Part shown: in pieces, positions 20,889 to 34,253 of the stretch | How positions within the stretch are numbered: position 1 is the stretch's first letter | Layout: each line of letters starts with the position of its first letter | Assembly: GCA_965224085.1 (NCBI GenBank) | Contig: CBDCYI010000005.1 | Coordinates: forward strand, 1,344,001-1,408,000 | DNA from: Candidatus Marinacidobacterales bacterium | GTDB lineage: Bacteria; Acidobacteriota; Vicinamibacteria; Marinacidobacterales; SMYC01 | Direction: 5' to 3' | Length of the DNA: 64,000 bases | Notes under the pieces: generated by a model | The model's database searches: none | Told to the model about the DNA's origin: nothing | What the model saw: the letters and a program-made list of their open reading frames with translations, nothing else | Translations under genes and position numbers: made by a program

Positions 20889-20986
20889 GGGCGGCGGAAA
20901 GGGAAGCTTTGACGTCTATTGTCTCACGTCGATACGAGGCGCGGGAATCGCGGGAACTAGCAGCTTGGCCGCGTCGGGCCGGCCCC

Positions 20987-21641
20987 TCAGATTTCGATGA
21001 CTTTGGTGCCGGCGATATAGTCATGAACGCAGCGCTGCTCCGCACCGAAGATGAACAGGACATCCACGAGAGCGTAGACCGGTATCTGGCGCAGCGCAGT
21101 GTTCAGCACATATCGCATCCCGAGCACGCGGGACCAGTGAGGTATTTCGCCGTCGACATGATCGACGATACGAATCTTCATCAGCTTTTTGCCAATCGTC
21201 TGATCTTCACGGATGAGGTAGGACGCTTGGACGATCCCCAAAACGAAGAGGCCGGCGAATGTTGCTGTGATCCCGAGCTCACTGACGGCTCTCTGCTCGG
21301 AAGCCGCCACCAAGATGGCGGAGCTCAGCACGGGGAGGGTGACGAGGAGGGCGCAGACATAGTCAATCATCACGGCCGCCAATCGTGCGCTGCGACTGGC
21401 GATGGCTTCAGAGACGGTGGTCGTCTGGCGCGGCGCGGAGACCGCCTCGGGTGACGCGTATGGGCGTCCCGGTCGCCGGAAGTGGCATCGGCTGTATCGC
21501 GGGTATCGCGCTGACCCGTGGTGTCGGGGCTGGTTCCAGGCCCTCCGGCGCCGCCCGGTAGCTGCCTCGCATCATCTCGACGCCACAATCCTTGCATCGG
21601 AACGACAAAGGCTGACTTGCTTGGCAGGAAGGGCAGAGCAT
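20987..21641 (-). pseudogene. Zinc-ribbon plus RDD protein with a frameshift near 21465
   Basis: CPSC..CKDCG N-terminus; the other frame gives PYASPEA...ASRSARLAAVMID..QTIGKK..RCVHDYIAGT. Confidence 0.75.
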
Positions 21642-21653
21642 TGCTCGTAAGGA

Positions 21654-21669
21654 AGCAAGAGCGATGCCA
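21654..21669 (-). promoter_or_regulatory. sigma54 (-24/-12) promoter for the RDD-MoxR operon
   Basis: Minus strand TGGCAT-CGCTC-TTGCT with exact GG-N10-GC spacing, 12 bp upstream of the first ATG. Confidence 0.7.
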
Positions 21670-21843
21670 CGCGTCTTAGCGCTCTAACCTTATGGAATAA
21701 CATAACTTATTGGCCAAGCCGATAGCGGGCTATGGGAAAAAACCTACAATGGTACGAGCGCGCGGACGATTTTTACGAAAGTTATGGTCGAGCTTCATCC
21801 CCCCGCTCCTTTTCTCGCACACCGGCTCGGTTTAAGATGGGCT

Positions 21844-22524
21844 ATGGCGCGTGCAGTGTCGCTCGGCTTGTCCGTCGCGCTGGCGGCCTGCCATGCTTCG
21901 AAATCGGTCGAACAGGCATAGCGAGCGGCGAGAGCCGGTGCATGGGACGAGGCCGTTGTCTACTATGAGCGGGCTCGAGACGAGCACCCGGACAACATCG
22001 AATACCAAATGGCCCTTGATAGGGCGCGGCTCCAGGCCTCGCGTGCACATTTGAGACAAGCCCGTAAATATCTCGAAATGGACGAGCTTGACAAGAGTGA
22101 CAGGCGTAGCAGACTTGACAGGGCGGCATCGGAGCTCGAGCGGGCGATTTACTACGACCCGACGAATCGGTATGCGCATGACGACCTCGCTGAGATAGGC
22201 CGTAGCCAAGATGCGTCGCCGTCGGGGAACGTCTCGACCGACAGGTGGGCGATCTTCGAAGCCGACCGTGTGCTCGACCCGGATTCATCGAGAACCATTA
22301 GGCTGCACTTTCCGAAAGGGACGAGTTTGCGCACCGTGCTCGAGGCACTCGCGAAGCTCGCGGGCGTGAGCATCCTTTTCGACGAATCCTTTCGCGACAA
22401 AGAGGTGGCGGTGGAGCTCGATGGCGTGAGCTTTCGGGAAGCGCTCGATATCCTGATGCAGACCAACGGTCTTTTTTACCAGGCCGTCGGATCGTCTTCC
22501 GTGATGGTCTCACCACGGAAATGA
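21844..22524 (+). pseudogene. Lipoprotein with TPR and STN-like domain (resembles a secretin N-terminus), with an in-frame TAG at 21919-21921
   Basis: MARAVSLGLSVALAAC lipobox; QA*RAARAGAWDEAVVYYERA continues in frame into ORF 22009-22524 (LAKLAGVSILFDESFRD..ALDILMQTNGLFY). Confidence 0.75.
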
Positions 22525-22534
22525 GCCCGCTCCC

Positions 22535-23791
<1,257 letters not shown>

Positions 23792-23800
23792 TGCCTGCTC

Positions 23801-23846
23801 CCGCCTACGCGCTTCGGGCTTCGGCGAGGTCCCGACGAAGCCGGAC
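23801..23846. repeat. REP-like intergenic palindrome between prmC and murA
   Basis: ccgcctacgcgcttcgggcttcggcg; ggcttcg..cgaagcc inverted arms. Confidence 0.5.
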
Positions 23847-23895
23847 GCTCCGGTGAGACCGAGCAGCAGGATGCAAATGATTTTTCAGCACCCTG

Positions 23896-24768
23896 CTACA
23901 GCTTCCGCGCGATGACGACTCTTGGTATGCCGGCGAGGTCGGCCACGACGCGCTCCTCTTCCATCGCGGCTTCACGCAAGAGGGCCTCGACCGCCTGGGA
24001 CTGCCCGTGGCCGATCTCCATGATGAGCACGCCTCCCGGTCTCAGAGCTCGGTGAGCCTGAGGCCCGAGCCTTCGGATCACGTCGAGGCCATCGGCGCCT
24101 CCCGACAGCGCGCTGCGCGGCTCGTGCTCCGTGACTTCGGGCTCGAGGCCCGCGAGCTCTTCGTCCGGAATGTAGGGCGGGTTGCTCACCACCGCGTCGA
24201 GATCCGCATCGGCGACGGGCTCGAGCAAGTCGCCCTCGACGAACTCGACACGTGCTGCGACGCCGTGTCGGAGCGCGTTCTCCCGCGCGATCGCAAGCGC
24301 CGCTTTCGATCGGTCGATCGCGACGAGCTCGGCATCCTCGAGTGTTTGCGCGAGAGCGATGCTGATGCAGCCACTGCCGCAGCCGATATCCGCGATCCGG
24401 GGCGCGCGCTCGTTCTTGAGCTCGAGCACCGTTTGCTCCACGACGCCTTCGGTCTCGGGGCGCGGGATAAGCACGGCCGGCGTCACGCGGAAGCTGAGCC
24501 CGTGGAACTCCTGGGTTCCGATGATGTACTGAACCGGAACCCGGCCGCGTCTTCGCTCGACGAACTGAAAGAAGTGTCCGGTAGCCTCGGCGGGAACGGG
24601 TTCCTGAAGTCGCGCTAGAAGAGACTCGCGAGAGCAGCCGAGGGCATGCCGTAGAAGCAGCTCGGCCTCGAACCCGGCCTCGGCGATGCCGGCGCGAGCG
24701 ATCTCATCCGCGCCTCGCTCGACAAGGCGCGCCGCGCTCACACTCCCGCGGTTGTCGCCGGTCGTCAC
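23896..24768 (-). CDS. prmC: Release factor glutamine methyltransferase
   Basis: VLIPRPETE, DIGCGSG and SNPPY; follows prfA. Confidence 0.96.
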   Translation of the reverse strand: MTTGDNRGSVSAARLVERGADEIARAGIAEAGFEAELLLRHALGCSRESLLARLQEPVPAEATGHFFQFVERRRGRVPVQYIIGTQEFHGLSFRVTPAVLIPRPETEGVVEQTVLELKNERAPRIADIGCGSGCISIALAQTLEDAELVAIDRSKAALAIARENALRHGVAARVEFVEGDLLEPVADADLDAVVSNPPYIPDEELAGLEPEVTEHEPRSALSGGADGLDVIRRLGPQAHRALRPGGVLIMEIGHGQSQAVEALLREAAMEEERVVADLAGIPRVVIARKL

Positions 24769-24770
24769 GA

Positions 24771-25856
24771 CTAGACGGTGGCCTCGGCCTCTTTGAGCTT
24801 TTCCGTTTGGTAATGGGTGACGAGCGCGTCGATCATGGTGTCGAGATTGCCGTTGAGGATGCTCGCGAGCTGGTGGAGGGTGAGATGGATGCGGTGGTCC
24901 GTCACGCGCGCCTCGCGAAAATTGTAGGTCCGGATTTTCTCGCTTCGGTCGCCGGAGCCTATTTGACCTTTGCGCTCGCTCGCTATCTGGTCCTGTTGCT
25001 CCTTGCGTGCCAGGTCGTAGAGGCGCGAGCGCAGCACGCGCATGGCCTTGGCTTTATTCTTGATCTGTGACTTCTCGTCCTGGCATGTGACGACGAGCCC
25101 CGTGGGCTTGTGCGTGAGCCGCACCGCCGAATAAGTGGTATTGACACTTTGACCACCCGGTCCGGACGAGCAGTAGGTATCGGTACGAACGTCACTTGGG
25201 TTGATGTCGATCTCGACGTCCTCGGCCTCTGGAAGCACAGCCACTGTGACGGCGGAGGTGTGGATCCGCCCTGACGCTTCGGTTGCGGGAACCCGCTGGA
25301 CGCGGTGGACACCGCTCTCGTATTTCAAACGGCTATAGGCGGCCTTGCCTTCGATCAAGGCAACGACCTCTTTGATGCCGCCGATGCCCGTCTCATTGAC
25401 GCTCATGACCTGAACTTTCCAGCGCTGCTGCTCCGCATATTGCGAGTACATGCGGAACATCTCCTGGGCAAAGAGTGCGGCCTCCTCCCCGCCGGTGCCG
25501 GCGCGAATCTCGAGGAGCACGTTGCGCTCGTCGTTCGGGTCTTTCGGGAGCAAGTTTAAGCGCAACTCTTTCGTCAGGTGCTCGAGCTCCTGCTCGAGGC
25601 GGTTGATCTCCTCCTGGGCGAGAGCTTTGAGCTCATCCTCGTCTGCCTCGGCGAGCATTTCCCGAGTCTCCACCAGCTGGCTTTTGGTGCTCTTGAGATC
25701 CCGGTACTGGCTCACGACGGGCTCGAGCTCGGCGCGCACCTTTGCCAGGCTCTGGATCTGCGCTGGGTCGGAAACGACCTCGGGCTTTCCCAGCTCGGCA
25801 GTGACTTCTATGAAGCGCTTTTCGACGGCTTCGAGCTTCTGCTCCATGTTCGACAT
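24771..25856 (-). CDS. prfA: Peptide chain release factor 1
   Basis: RVPATE (PxT motif), GPGGQSVN and [11 protein letters not shown]. Confidence 0.98.
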   Translation of the reverse strand: MSNMEQKLEAVEKRFIEVTAELGKPEVVSDPAQIQSLAKVRAELEPVVSQYRDLKSTKSQLVETREMLAEADEDELKALAQEEINRLEQELEHLTKELRLNLLPKDPNDERNVLLEIRAGTGGEEAALFAQEMFRMYSQYAEQQRWKVQVMSVNETGIGGIKEVVALIEGKAAYSRLKYESGVHRVQRVPATEASGRIHTSAVTVAVLPEAEDVEIDINPSDVRTDTYCSSGPGGQSVNTTYSAVRLTHKPTGLVVTCQDEKSQIKNKAKAMRVLRSRLYDLARKEQQDQIASERKGQIGSGDRSEKIRTYNFREARVTDHRIHLTLHQLASILNGNLDTMIDALVTHYQTEKLKEAEATV

Positions 25857-25869
25857 GGCCTGCCGGGCG

Positions 25870-26103
25870 CTAGTTCGAGGACGCTGCCTTCTTTTTGCGT
25901 TGAACTTCGCCGTATTTCTGCTTGAACCGCTCCACGCGGCCGGCAGAGTCCACGAGTTTCTGCTTCCCGGTGAAAAACGGGTGGCATTTCGAGCAGATTT
26001 CCAGGCGGATCTCGCCGCCCTTGGTGGAACGAGTCGTGTACGTCTCCCCACAGGCGCAGCGAACGTTCACATCTTCATATTTAGGATGAATCTCAGCTTT
26101 CAT
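25870..26103 (-). CDS. rpmE: 50S ribosomal protein L31 (zinc-binding type)
   Basis: [13 protein letters not shown] and [10 protein letters not shown]; SD aggag. Confidence 0.97.
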   Translation of the reverse strand: MKAEIHPKYEDVNVRCACGETYTTRSTKGGEIRLEICSKCHPFFTGKQKLVDSAGRVERFKQKYGEVQRKKKAASSN

Positions 26104-26150
26104 GGCAGACTCCTGCAGTCTATAGCGCAATCCAATAGTATAGCCCAAGC

Positions 26151-26230
26151 AGTATTCAGGATTCAGGAAACTCTTGGACTGTGGTGCTCTTTCAGTCTTG
26201 AGAGTTCATGAATTTTGAATCCTGAATGCT
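26151..26230. terminator. Long hairpin immediately after the rho stop codon
   Basis: attcaggattca (26154-26165) pairs with tgaatcctgaat (26216-26227); inner arms aactct..gactg and cagtc..agagtt. Confidence 0.6.
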
Positions 26231-26232
26231 GA

Positions 26233-27480
26233 TCAGCCCTGCATCGAGTTCAGGAACTCCGCATTGCTGTTCGTCTTGCCCATGCGGTCGAGCAGGAGCT
26301 CCATTGCCTCCGCCTGGGAGAGCGGGGAAAGCACCTTTCGGAGAATCCAGACGCGGGAAAGCTCGTCTTTCGAAAGCAGAAGCTCTTCTTTGCGGGTGCC
26401 GCTCTTGTTGATGTCGACTGAAGGGAAGACGCGCTTGTCGACGAGCTTCCGGTCGAGATGGATCTCCATATTGCCCGTGCCCTTGAACTCCTCGAAGATG
26501 ACGTCGTCCATCCGGCTTCCGGTCTCGATGAGCGCGGTGGCCATGATGGTGAGCGAGCCGCCCTCCTCGATGTTGCGCGCCGCACCGAAGAAACGTTTTG
26601 GTTTTTGGAGCGCGTTCGAGTCGACGCCACCGGAAAGCACTTTCCCCGACGGCGGCACGACGGTGTTGTACGCGCGCGCGAGTCGCGTGATGGAGTCGAG
26701 AAGAATCACGACGTCGCGCTTGTGCTCGACGAGACGTTTGGCTTTCTCGATGACCATCTCGGCGACTTGAACGTGTCGCTGGGCCGCCTCGTCGAACGTT
26801 GAGCTGATGACCTCGCCGTTTACCGAGCGCTCCATATCCGTGACTTCTTCGGGCCGCTCGTCGATGAGGAGGACGATGAGCACGATCTCCGGATGATTGG
26901 CGGTGATGCTGTTCGCGATGTTCTGCAAGAGCATCGTTTTGCCGGTTCTCGGAGCGGCGACGATTAATCCGCGCTGGCCTTTGCCGATCGGTGTCATTAG
27001 ATCCATGACCCGCGACGATAGATTGTCCTTCCCCGCCTCGAGGCTGATGCGATCTTGCGGATAGAGCGGCGTCAAATTGTCGAAGAAGATGCGCTCGCGC
27101 GCCGCCTCGGGCGTCTCGAAATTGACCGCCTCTACTTTGATGAGTGCAAAGTAGCGCTCGCCTTCTTTCGGCGGTCGTATCTGCCCGGAGATGGTGTCAC
27201 CGGTCCTCAGGTCGAACTTCCGAATCTGAGACGGAGAAACGTAGATGTCATCCGGGCCCGGCAAATAGTTATATTCGGGGGCGCGCAGAAAACCGAAGCC
27301 GTCCGGCAAACATTCGAGAACACCTTCGGAGAATATGAGTCCGCTCTTTTCCGTCTGCGCTTGCAGAATCTTGAAAATGAGATCTTGCTTGCGCATCGCC
27401 GTGGCGCCCACGACCCCGAGCTCTTTTGCAACTGCACCGAGGCCGGAGATATTCATCTCCTTGAGTTCGGCGATGTTCAA
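26233..27480 (-). CDS. rho: Transcription termination factor Rho
   Basis: [36 protein letters not shown] and FEEFKGTGN; TTG at 27480 (MNIAELK) gives 415 aa and avoids overlap with engB. Confidence 0.97.
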   Translation of the reverse strand: MNIAELKEMNISGLGAVAKELGVVGATAMRKQDLIFKILQAQTEKSGLIFSEGVLECLPDGFGFLRAPEYNYLPGPDDIYVSPSQIRKFDLRTGDTISGQIRPPKEGERYFALIKVEAVNFETPEAARERIFFDNLTPLYPQDRISLEAGKDNLSSRVMDLMTPIGKGQRGLIVAAPRTGKTMLLQNIANSITANHPEIVLIVLLIDERPEEVTDMERSVNGEVISSTFDEAAQRHVQVAEMVIEKAKRLVEHKRDVVILLDSITRLARAYNTVVPPSGKVLSGGVDSNALQKPKRFFGAARNIEEGGSLTIMATALIETGSRMDDVIFEEFKGTGNMEIHLDRKLVDKRVFPSVDINKSGTRKEELLLSKDELSRVWILRKVLSPLSQAEAMELLLDRMGKTNSNAEFLNSMQG

Positions 27481-27515
27481 GGGCTTTTGCTTCTCGCTGC
27501 GAGACGGCTCTTCCG

Positions 27516-28139
27516 CTATCTCTTCGGTGCTCGTCTCGCCTCGCGAACGTGTCTCTCGATCACCGTCCATAGCTCTTTCCTTCCTTCATTCGTGACCGCG
27601 GAAAAAGTGATGAGGGGTACTCCCTCCTCGGTCGCATAAATTTCTTCCAAAATCGTTCTCTGCCGCTTCAGCTGGCTCTTGGACAGCTTGTCCGCTTTGG
27701 TCGCGACGACCGCATAGGGTATGCGGGCTTTGTCGAGAAGCGCTTTCACCTGGAGGTCGCTCTCCTGCGGATCGCGCCGGACGTCGATGAGAAGCAAGAC
27801 GAGGCAGAGCTCCTCTCTCTCGAACAGATAGCTCGTGACGAGCGCTTCCCAGCTCTGCCTTGTTGCGCGCGGCGCTTTGGCGAAACCGTATCCGGGAAGG
27901 TCGACGAGCATCATCTCGTCCCCCACCCGAAACCGAAAAAAATTGATGAGCTGCGTCCGGCCCGGGGTTTTCGAGACGAAGGCCATGCGCTTGACACCCG
28001 TGAGCTGGTTCAAAAGCCTGGATTTGCCTACGTTCGAACGTCCCACGGCGGCGACCTCGGGACGGTCGGGCTTCGGGAAATCGCCCGCGGACGCGGCGCT
28101 CCGGACGAATTCCACCGAGGGCGTCTTCATCATGACCAT
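27516..28139 (-). CDS. engB: Ribosome biogenesis GTPase YihA/YsxC
   Basis: [22 protein letters not shown] and TKADK. Confidence 0.96.
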   Translation of the reverse strand: MVMMKTPSVEFVRSAASAGDFPKPDRPEVAAVGRSNVGKSRLLNQLTGVKRMAFVSKTPGRTQLINFFRFRVGDEMMLVDLPGYGFAKAPRATRQSWEALVTSYLFEREELCLVLLLIDVRRDPQESDLQVKALLDKARIPYAVVATKADKLSKSQLKRQRTILEEIYATEEGVPLITFSAVTNEGRKELWTVIERHVREARRAPKR

Positions 28140-28241
28140 TGATCTCGATCGTTTCGTTCATGGAGAAATGAGAACTCCAGGCAGCCCCAAACTAATAGAA
28201 TCAGGTTGTTCAAAAACACGACCCGTGCGAGCCGCGATGTT

Positions 28242-30704
28242 CTAATGCGCGACCGACTCTCCCGCCACCGACCCATCGTCCTCTAGTGGATCGGGCGACT
28301 CGGACGGCAGATCGCTCACGATCGAAGCACTCTCGTCGAACGCTTCCAGCGACGCGTCGCGTGGCGGCGCCGTCAGCGCAGTCTCGAAAACCTCCTCGAT
28401 GTTGTCCACGAGCTTGATCGCAAGCGCCTCGCGGATATTTGCCGGGATCTCGCTCAGATCCGTTTCGTTGTCGAGTGGAAGAATGATGCGCGCAATTCCC
28501 GCGCGATGCGCGGCTAGCAGTTTCTCTTTGACCCCACCTATCGACAGTACTTTACCACGAAGCGTGATCTCACCGGTCATCGCCACATTGGAGTGAACCG
28601 GTATCTCCGTAAGAGCGGAGAGGAGCGCGGTGGCAATGGTGATGCCGGCAGACGGGCCGTCTTTTGGGATGGCGCCTTCCGGTACATGCAAATGAATGTC
28701 GCGCTTGTTGTGAAAGTCTTTAGGAAGCCGATAACGCTCGGCGCGGGAGCGGATGACCGACAAGGCTGCGCGCGCAGATTCCTGCATGACGTCACCCAGC
28801 TTTCCCGTGAGCGTGAGATCGCCCTTGCCCGGCATGAGCGTCGCTTCAGTGGTGAGAAGCTCGCCACCGACCTCAGTCCAAGCAAGACCGGTGGCGACGC
28901 CGATTTCGGCCTCACCTTCCTTGCTGCGGGGGCGGAATTTCGGGATGCCGAGCTGTTCCCCCACAAACTTCTCGTCGACAGCAATCTCGAGATCCGTCCC
29001 GGCTCGCACGATCTTCCGAGCGACTTTTCGGAAAAGCGAAGCGATCTCGCGCTCGAGGCTTCGGACACCCGATTCTCGCGTATAGCGCCGGATGATCTCG
29101 ACGATAGCGTCGTCGCTCATCGAGACTCTCTGGTTCTTGAGGCCATTCGCCTCTTTCTGCTTTTCCACGAGAAAGCGTTTAGCGATCTCGAGCTTCTCTT
29201 CCTCCGTATAGCCGGGAAGCCGGATGATCTCGAGCCGGTCCATCAAAGCGTGAGGCATGTTCGAGAGCGCGTTCGCGGTGGCGATGAACATCACGTGCGA
29301 CAGGTCGTATTCGACATCGAGATAGTGATCCTGGAACGAGTTGTTTTGCTCCGGATCGAGCACTTCGAGCAGGGCCGAGGCCGGGTCGCCCCGAAAATCC
29401 ATACTCATCTTGTCGACTTCGTCGAACAGTAAGAGTGGATTCACCGTGCCGGCTTTTTTCATCATCTGGATGATTTGACCGGGGAAAGCGCCGATATAAG
29501 TGCGCCGGTGGCCGCGGATCTCAGCTTCGTCGCGCACACCGCCGAGCGACAAGCGCACGAATTTGCGATTCGTGGCTCTAGCCACGGATTTCGCGAGCGA
29601 CGTCTTTCCGACGCCGGGCGGCCCGACGAGGCAAAGAATCGGGCCTTTTTGCTTCTTGACTAGCTTGCGGACGGCGAGGAACTCGAGAATGCGGTCTTTG
29701 ACTTTCGCGAGGCCGTAATGGTCTTCGTCGAGAACACGTTCGGCTCGGGTGATGTCGCGGCTCTCCCGTGTTCTCTTCTTCCACGGGACCGCCAAGAGCC
29801 AATCGAGATAGTTGCGGGACACGGTCGCTTCCGCCGACATCGGCGGCATGGCTTCGAGGCGCTTGAGCTCGATGATCGCTTTATCTTCGGCCTCGGACGT
29901 CATCCGAGCCTCGGCGATACGCGTGCGAAGCTCGTCGGTCTCGTTCCCTTTCTCGTCTCTCTTACCGAGCTCCTTTTGAATCGCCTTCATCTTTTCGTTG
30001 AGGTAGTACTCCTTCTGCGCACGCTCCATTTGCTTGCGTACGCGGCCCTGGACCCGCCGGTCGACTTGGAGCTTGTCCACTTCGAGCTCGAGGATGCTGG
30101 CTATGCGGGTCAGTCTTTCGAAGGGGTTCCAGATCTCGAGCAGATTCTGCTTTTCCTCGACCGTCATCACCAAGTGTGACGCGATGGTGTCGGCGAGCTT
30201 AGAGGGCTCATCCACCTGGACGGCGGCGTTTCTGACTTCGTTTTGAAGGTTGCTCGCGAGCTTGACGTATTGCTCGAACAGTGACACGACCTTGCTGATG
30301 AGCTCATCCGAGCCCGGTGGAAGATCGCGCGGCTTGGGCACGGTCTTGACGACGACCTTATAGAAGCCGTCCTCATCACGGCATTCGATCGTTCGGCCGC
30401 GATCGATGCCTTCCACGAGGACTTTAATGTTGCCGTCGGGAAGCTTCAACGATTGCAGGATGTTCGCGACCGTCCCGACCGTATAGATGTCGGGTGCACC
30501 CGGATTATCCGTAGTCGCGTCATGCTGGGCTGCAAGGAAAATCCTGCGATCGTGCGCGAGCGCGTATTCGAGCGCGTGCACCGAGGACGATCGGCCGATG
30601 ACGAAGGGCATCATCATATATGGAAAGATGACGACGTCCCGCAAGGGAACCATCGGAAGCGTCTCTCGGACTTCCGCGCGGTCTTTGCTCTTGGAGCCGA
30701 ACAT
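28242..30704 (-). CDS. lon: Lon protease
   Basis: [17 protein letters not shown] and GGVKEK. Confidence 0.98.
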   Translation of the reverse strand: MFGSKSKDRAEVRETLPMVPLRDVVIFPYMMMPFVIGRSSSVHALEYALAHDRRIFLAAQHDATTDNPGAPDIYTVGTVANILQSLKLPDGNIKVLVEGIDRGRTIECRDEDGFYKVVVKTVPKPRDLPPGSDELISKVVSLFEQYVKLASNLQNEVRNAAVQVDEPSKLADTIASHLVMTVEEKQNLLEIWNPFERLTRIASILELEVDKLQVDRRVQGRVRKQMERAQKEYYLNEKMKAIQKELGKRDEKGNETDELRTRIAEARMTSEAEDKAIIELKRLEAMPPMSAEATVSRNYLDWLLAVPWKKRTRESRDITRAERVLDEDHYGLAKVKDRILEFLAVRKLVKKQKGPILCLVGPPGVGKTSLAKSVARATNRKFVRLSLGGVRDEAEIRGHRRTYIGAFPGQIIQMMKKAGTVNPLLLFDEVDKMSMDFRGDPASALLEVLDPEQNNSFQDHYLDVEYDLSHVMFIATANALSNMPHALMDRLEIIRLPGYTEEEKLEIAKRFLVEKQKEANGLKNQRVSMSDDAIVEIIRRYTRESGVRSLEREIASLFRKVARKIVRAGTDLEIAVDEKFVGEQLGIPKFRPRSKEGEAEIGVATGLAWTEVGGELLTTEATLMPGKGDLTLTGKLGDVMQESARAALSVIRSRAERYRLPKDFHNKRDIHLHVPEGAIPKDGPSAGITIATALLSALTEIPVHSNVAMTGEITLRGKVLSIGGVKEKLLAAHRAGIARIILPLDNETDLSEIPANIREALAIKLVDNIEEVFETALTAPPRDASLEAFDESASIVSDLPSESPDPLEDDGSVAGESVAH

Positions 30705-30881
30705 ATCGGTCGTGACTCGTCCCTGGTTAGCGCCTGTTCAGTTTGGCGTCCGGTCGGTGCCCGTTCGGTCTGGTTTCAATTTGGGGAATTCGGTTCGCCG
30801 CGCAAACGGCGCGACGTGCCGTAATGAATAGCGTGTTCGATAATTTTAAAAAAAATGTCGCTTGTGGCCGGACTCGAGTGC

Positions 30882-32123
30882 CTAGCCTGCCTTCTCGATT
30901 AGCGTCATCGATTTCTCGCTGTCTTCCACAATTTCCTTGGTGACAACGACTTCTTTTACCTTTTTCTGAGACGGCAGATTATACATCATGTCGAGCATGA
31001 GGTCTTCGATGATCATCCGCAGGCCGCGGGCGCCAATATTGCGGTCGACCGCCAAGTCGGCGATGGCGCCGAGCGCGTCATCTGTGAATCGGAGCTTGAC
31101 GTTTTCGTACTCGAACAACCTCTGATACTGCTTGATGATGGCATTTCTCGGCTCGCTCATGATGCGGATGAGCGCGTCCCTACCGAGCTCGTGAAGCGTG
31201 CCCATGACGGGAAGCCTCCCGACGAATTCAGGGATAAGTCCATATTTGATGAGGTCGGTAGGCTGGACTTTTCCGAAGACCGCGCCATTGCCGGGCGTTT
31301 TCACCTTCAAATCCGCACGGAAGCCCAGACTCTTCTTTCCGATGCGCCGCTCGATGATCTTGTCGAGCCCCACGAAGGCCCCGCCCGCGATGAACAGGAT
31401 GTTCGTCGTATCGATCTGATAGAACTCCTGATGCGGATGTTTGCGGCCGCCTTGGGGTGGTACGTTCGCTACCGTGCCTTCGAGGATCTTCAAGAGTGCC
31501 TGCTGGACGCCTTCGCCGGAGACGTCGCGCGTGATGGAAGGGTTCTCGTCCTTGCGGCAGATCTTGTCGATTTCGTCGATATAGATGATGCCTTCCTGCG
31601 CTTTTTCGATATCTCCCTGGGCGGCCTGGAGGAGCTTGAGGATAATGTTCTCGACATCCTCGCCCACATAGCCCGCTTCGGTGAGCGTGGTGGCGTCCAC
31701 GATCGTGAACGGCACCGAAAGCAGCTTCGCGAGCGTTTGCGCGAGCAAAGTCTTTCCCGTGCCCGTGGCCCCGATAAGTAGAATGTTGCTTTTGGTGAGC
31801 TCGACGTCCTGGCGCGCCTTGGACTTCATGATGTTGACGCGCTTGTAGTGGTTGTACACGGCGACGGCGAGCCGCTTTTTCGCCTCTTCCTGACCGACGA
31901 CATATTCGTCGAGGAATTGTTTGATCTCTACCGGCGTCGGGAGCGTCGAGCGCTGCGACCGATTCTCGAAACGGTGATCGTCAGCAATGATGTCGTTGCA
32001 GACTTCGACACACTCGTCGCAGATGAAGACCGTAGGGCCGGCGATGAGCTTGCGCACGTCGCTCTGGTCCTTGTTGCAAAAGGAGCAGCGAAGTACTTCT
32101 GGGTCGCCATTCTTCTTGGACAC
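30882..32123 (-). CDS. clpX: Clp protease ATPase subunit ClpX
   Basis: CSFC..ICDEC zinc domain, [13 protein letters not shown] and GGRKHP. Confidence 0.98.
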   Translation of the reverse strand: MSKKNGDPEVLRCSFCNKDQSDVRKLIAGPTVFICDECVEVCNDIIADDHRFENRSQRSTLPTPVEIKQFLDEYVVGQEEAKKRLAVAVYNHYKRVNIMKSKARQDVELTKSNILLIGATGTGKTLLAQTLAKLLSVPFTIVDATTLTEAGYVGEDVENIILKLLQAAQGDIEKAQEGIIYIDEIDKICRKDENPSITRDVSGEGVQQALLKILEGTVANVPPQGGRKHPHQEFYQIDTTNILFIAGGAFVGLDKIIERRIGKKSLGFRADLKVKTPGNGAVFGKVQPTDLIKYGLIPEFVGRLPVMGTLHELGRDALIRIMSEPRNAIIKQYQRLFEYENVKLRFTDDALGAIADLAVDRNIGARGLRMIIEDLMLDMMYNLPSQKKVKEVVVTKEIVEDSEKSMTLIEKAG

Positions 32124-32144
32124 GGTTGTAATCCTCAGGCGCTC

Positions 32145-32726
32145 TCAGGCGCGCTTGTCGATGACCTGGTCGATGATCCCATAATCGCGGGCGACCTCGG
32201 CCGTCATAATGAAATCCCGCTCGACGTCCTGTTCGATTTTGGAAATGTCCTGGCCGCAGTGATTTGCAAGGATCTCGTTCAGGCGCTGCCGCGTCCGAAG
32301 GATCTCTTTGGCCTGGATGTTGATGTCGGTGGCCTGCCCCTGGGTGCCTCCCGACGGTTGGTGGATGACGACTCTGGAATTGGGGAGCGCGAAGCGCTTA
32401 GAAGGCGTGCCAGCGGCCAGAAGCACTGCCGCCATGCTCGCGGCTTGGCCCATGCAATAGGTCGTCACGTCGGGTCGGATGAACTGGAACGTATCGTAGA
32501 TGGCGAGCCCGGCGGTGACCGAGCCACCAGGGCTGTTGATGTAAATCGAAATCTCCTTCTCAGGATCTTCCGCTTCGAGAAACAAGAGCTGAGCGACGAC
32601 GAGGTTGGCAACATAATCGTCGATCGGCGTGCCGATAAAGATTATGTTGTCCTTGAGCAAGCGCGAGTAAATGTCGAAAAACCGCTCACCCCGGTTGGTC
32701 TGTTCGACCACCATTGGGACCTGCAT
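32145..32726 (-). CDS. clpP: Clp protease proteolytic subunit
   Basis: DIYSRLL, INSPGG, QAASMA and IHQP. Confidence 0.98.
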   Translation of the reverse strand: MQVPMVVEQTNRGERFFDIYSRLLKDNIIFIGTPIDDYVANLVVAQLLFLEAEDPEKEISIYINSPGGSVTAGLAIYDTFQFIRPDVTTYCMGQAASMAAVLLAAGTPSKRFALPNSRVVIHQPSGGTQGQATDINIQAKEILRTRQRLNEILANHCGQDISKIEQDVERDFIMTAEVARDYGIIDQVIDKRA

Positions 32727-32740
32727 CGTAAGTTCAACTC

Positions 32741-34012
32741 CTATTTAAGTTTAGCATGTTGCTTGATGAAGTCAAACGCCTTCTCTCGGCGAAGCCTGCC
32801 TGTAAGTCGCTCTAGAGAACCATCTTTCATCATTTGAGCCCGCAGAGCTTCCGGGCTTTTCTCGAGGGCCTCCGAAGCTTTTTCGAGCTCCGCGGACACC
32901 TCCTCCTCCGCGACTTCGATGGATTCCTGGCTCGCGAGCCGGTCGAGGAGCAGGGTCGCTTTGACGGCGGCCTCGGCGGCGGCTCTTTGCTCTGTGCGCA
33001 CCGCCTTCCAGTCGATCCCAGCCTTGGTGGGGTCGACGCCTCTTTGATAGAGGTCCCGGGCAGCGGCTTCGAGCCGGCTGTCGATCTCGCGCTCGGTGAG
33101 CGTCTGCGGCGGATCGAACGCATTCGCGTCGATGAGCTTCTCGATCAGCTGAGTCCGGAGGTGCTGCTCGTCCTCGCGCGCGGCTCGCTTCTCCGCCTGA
33201 CTGCGAAACTCTGCTTTGACCTCGCCGAGCGTATCGAAACTCCCGATGTCCTTGGCGAGCTCGTCATCGGCGTCGGGAAGGACCTTCTCTTTGAGCTCTT
33301 TGACGTCGAAGGTGATGTCGAAGCTTTTGCCGGCCCGCTCCGAGTCGCCTCCGTCAGCATCGAAGGTGGCAGTGAAAGCGATCAGGGCGCCGGGCTCGGC
33401 GCCCTGAAGGTTCTCGTGGAGAGACTTGTGATAAGCCTCGGTGCCTACCTCGATGGACACGTCCTCGTGACGTTTTTCGGCGCCACCGCCGGAAGGCGTT
33501 TCGACGAGGTCGCCGAGGACGATGTCGTGGTCTTTTGCGCCCCGGCCCTCGATGGGGTCGAAGCGGGCATTTTGTTCGCGCAGATGCTCGATCCCGGCAT
33601 CGATTTGCTCGTCCGTGACCCTGGTCTTTTGCTCGGTGGCTTCGATGCCCTTGTAGTCCCGGACTTCGATCCTGGGGATGACCTCGAAGGTGGCGCGAAA
33701 CCGGAGCGGCTCGCCGAGCTTCGATTCGAGATTGCTGACGCGCGGATCGTCGATCGGATAGAGCTCGCGTTGTTTCAACGCTTCGTTGACGGCTTTGGGC
33801 ACGAGGTCCTGAATGGCTTGCTCGAGTACGTTTTCGCGGAAGCGTTGACGGATGACGTCCTTCGGGATTTTGCCTTTGCGGAAGCCCGGCAGTTTCACCG
33901 AGCGGCTGAGGCGTCGGACGCCTTTTTCGAACTCGTCGTGAAGATCATCCGCCGGAAGCTCGATATCCATGTGACGGAGAGATGAGCCCTCTTCGACGTA
34001 GTCAACTTTCAA
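32741..34012 (-). CDS. tig: Trigger factor
   Basis: PGFRKGK motif; TTG start after aaggag; tRNA-Leu-tig-clpP-clpX-lon order. Confidence 0.95.
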   Translation of the reverse strand: MKVDYVEEGSSLRHMDIELPADDLHDEFEKGVRRLSRSVKLPGFRKGKIPKDVIRQRFRENVLEQAIQDLVPKAVNEALKQRELYPIDDPRVSNLESKLGEPLRFRATFEVIPRIEVRDYKGIEATEQKTRVTDEQIDAGIEHLREQNARFDPIEGRGAKDHDIVLGDLVETPSGGGAEKRHEDVSIEVGTEAYHKSLHENLQGAEPGALIAFTATFDADGGDSERAGKSFDITFDVKELKEKVLPDADDELAKDIGSFDTLGEVKAEFRSQAEKRAAREDEQHLRTQLIEKLIDANAFDPPQTLTEREIDSRLEAAARDLYQRGVDPTKAGIDWKAVRTEQRAAAEAAVKATLLLDRLASQESIEVAEEEVSAELEKASEALEKSPEALRAQMMKDGSLERLTGRLRREKAFDFIKQHAKLK

Positions 34013-34037
34013 CCTCGACCTACTCCTTGAAGGAACC

Positions 34038-34122
<85 letters not shown>

Positions 34123-34253
34123 GCTTGGGAATTCGATGCGCGAGAAAAAGAGAAGAACCTTCCGAACCGATTCCTATTCTAGACAGCGGACCTGGGCACG
34201 TCAACGGACGCGCGTGGTGTAACATGGGCCGCTCGCTTAGAGGAGGTGGCCGA

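Noticed and set aside
21919-21921. Pyrrolysine or stop-codon reassignment at the in-frame TAG
   Set aside because: TAG ends normal genes here (lspA, prfA, clpX), prfA is intact and no pyl genes are in the window; a nonsense mutation is simpler
27480-27570. Apparent 55-bp overlap of rho with engB and an N-terminal Rho extension
   Set aside because: A TTG start at 27480 gives a standard-length Rho with no overlap
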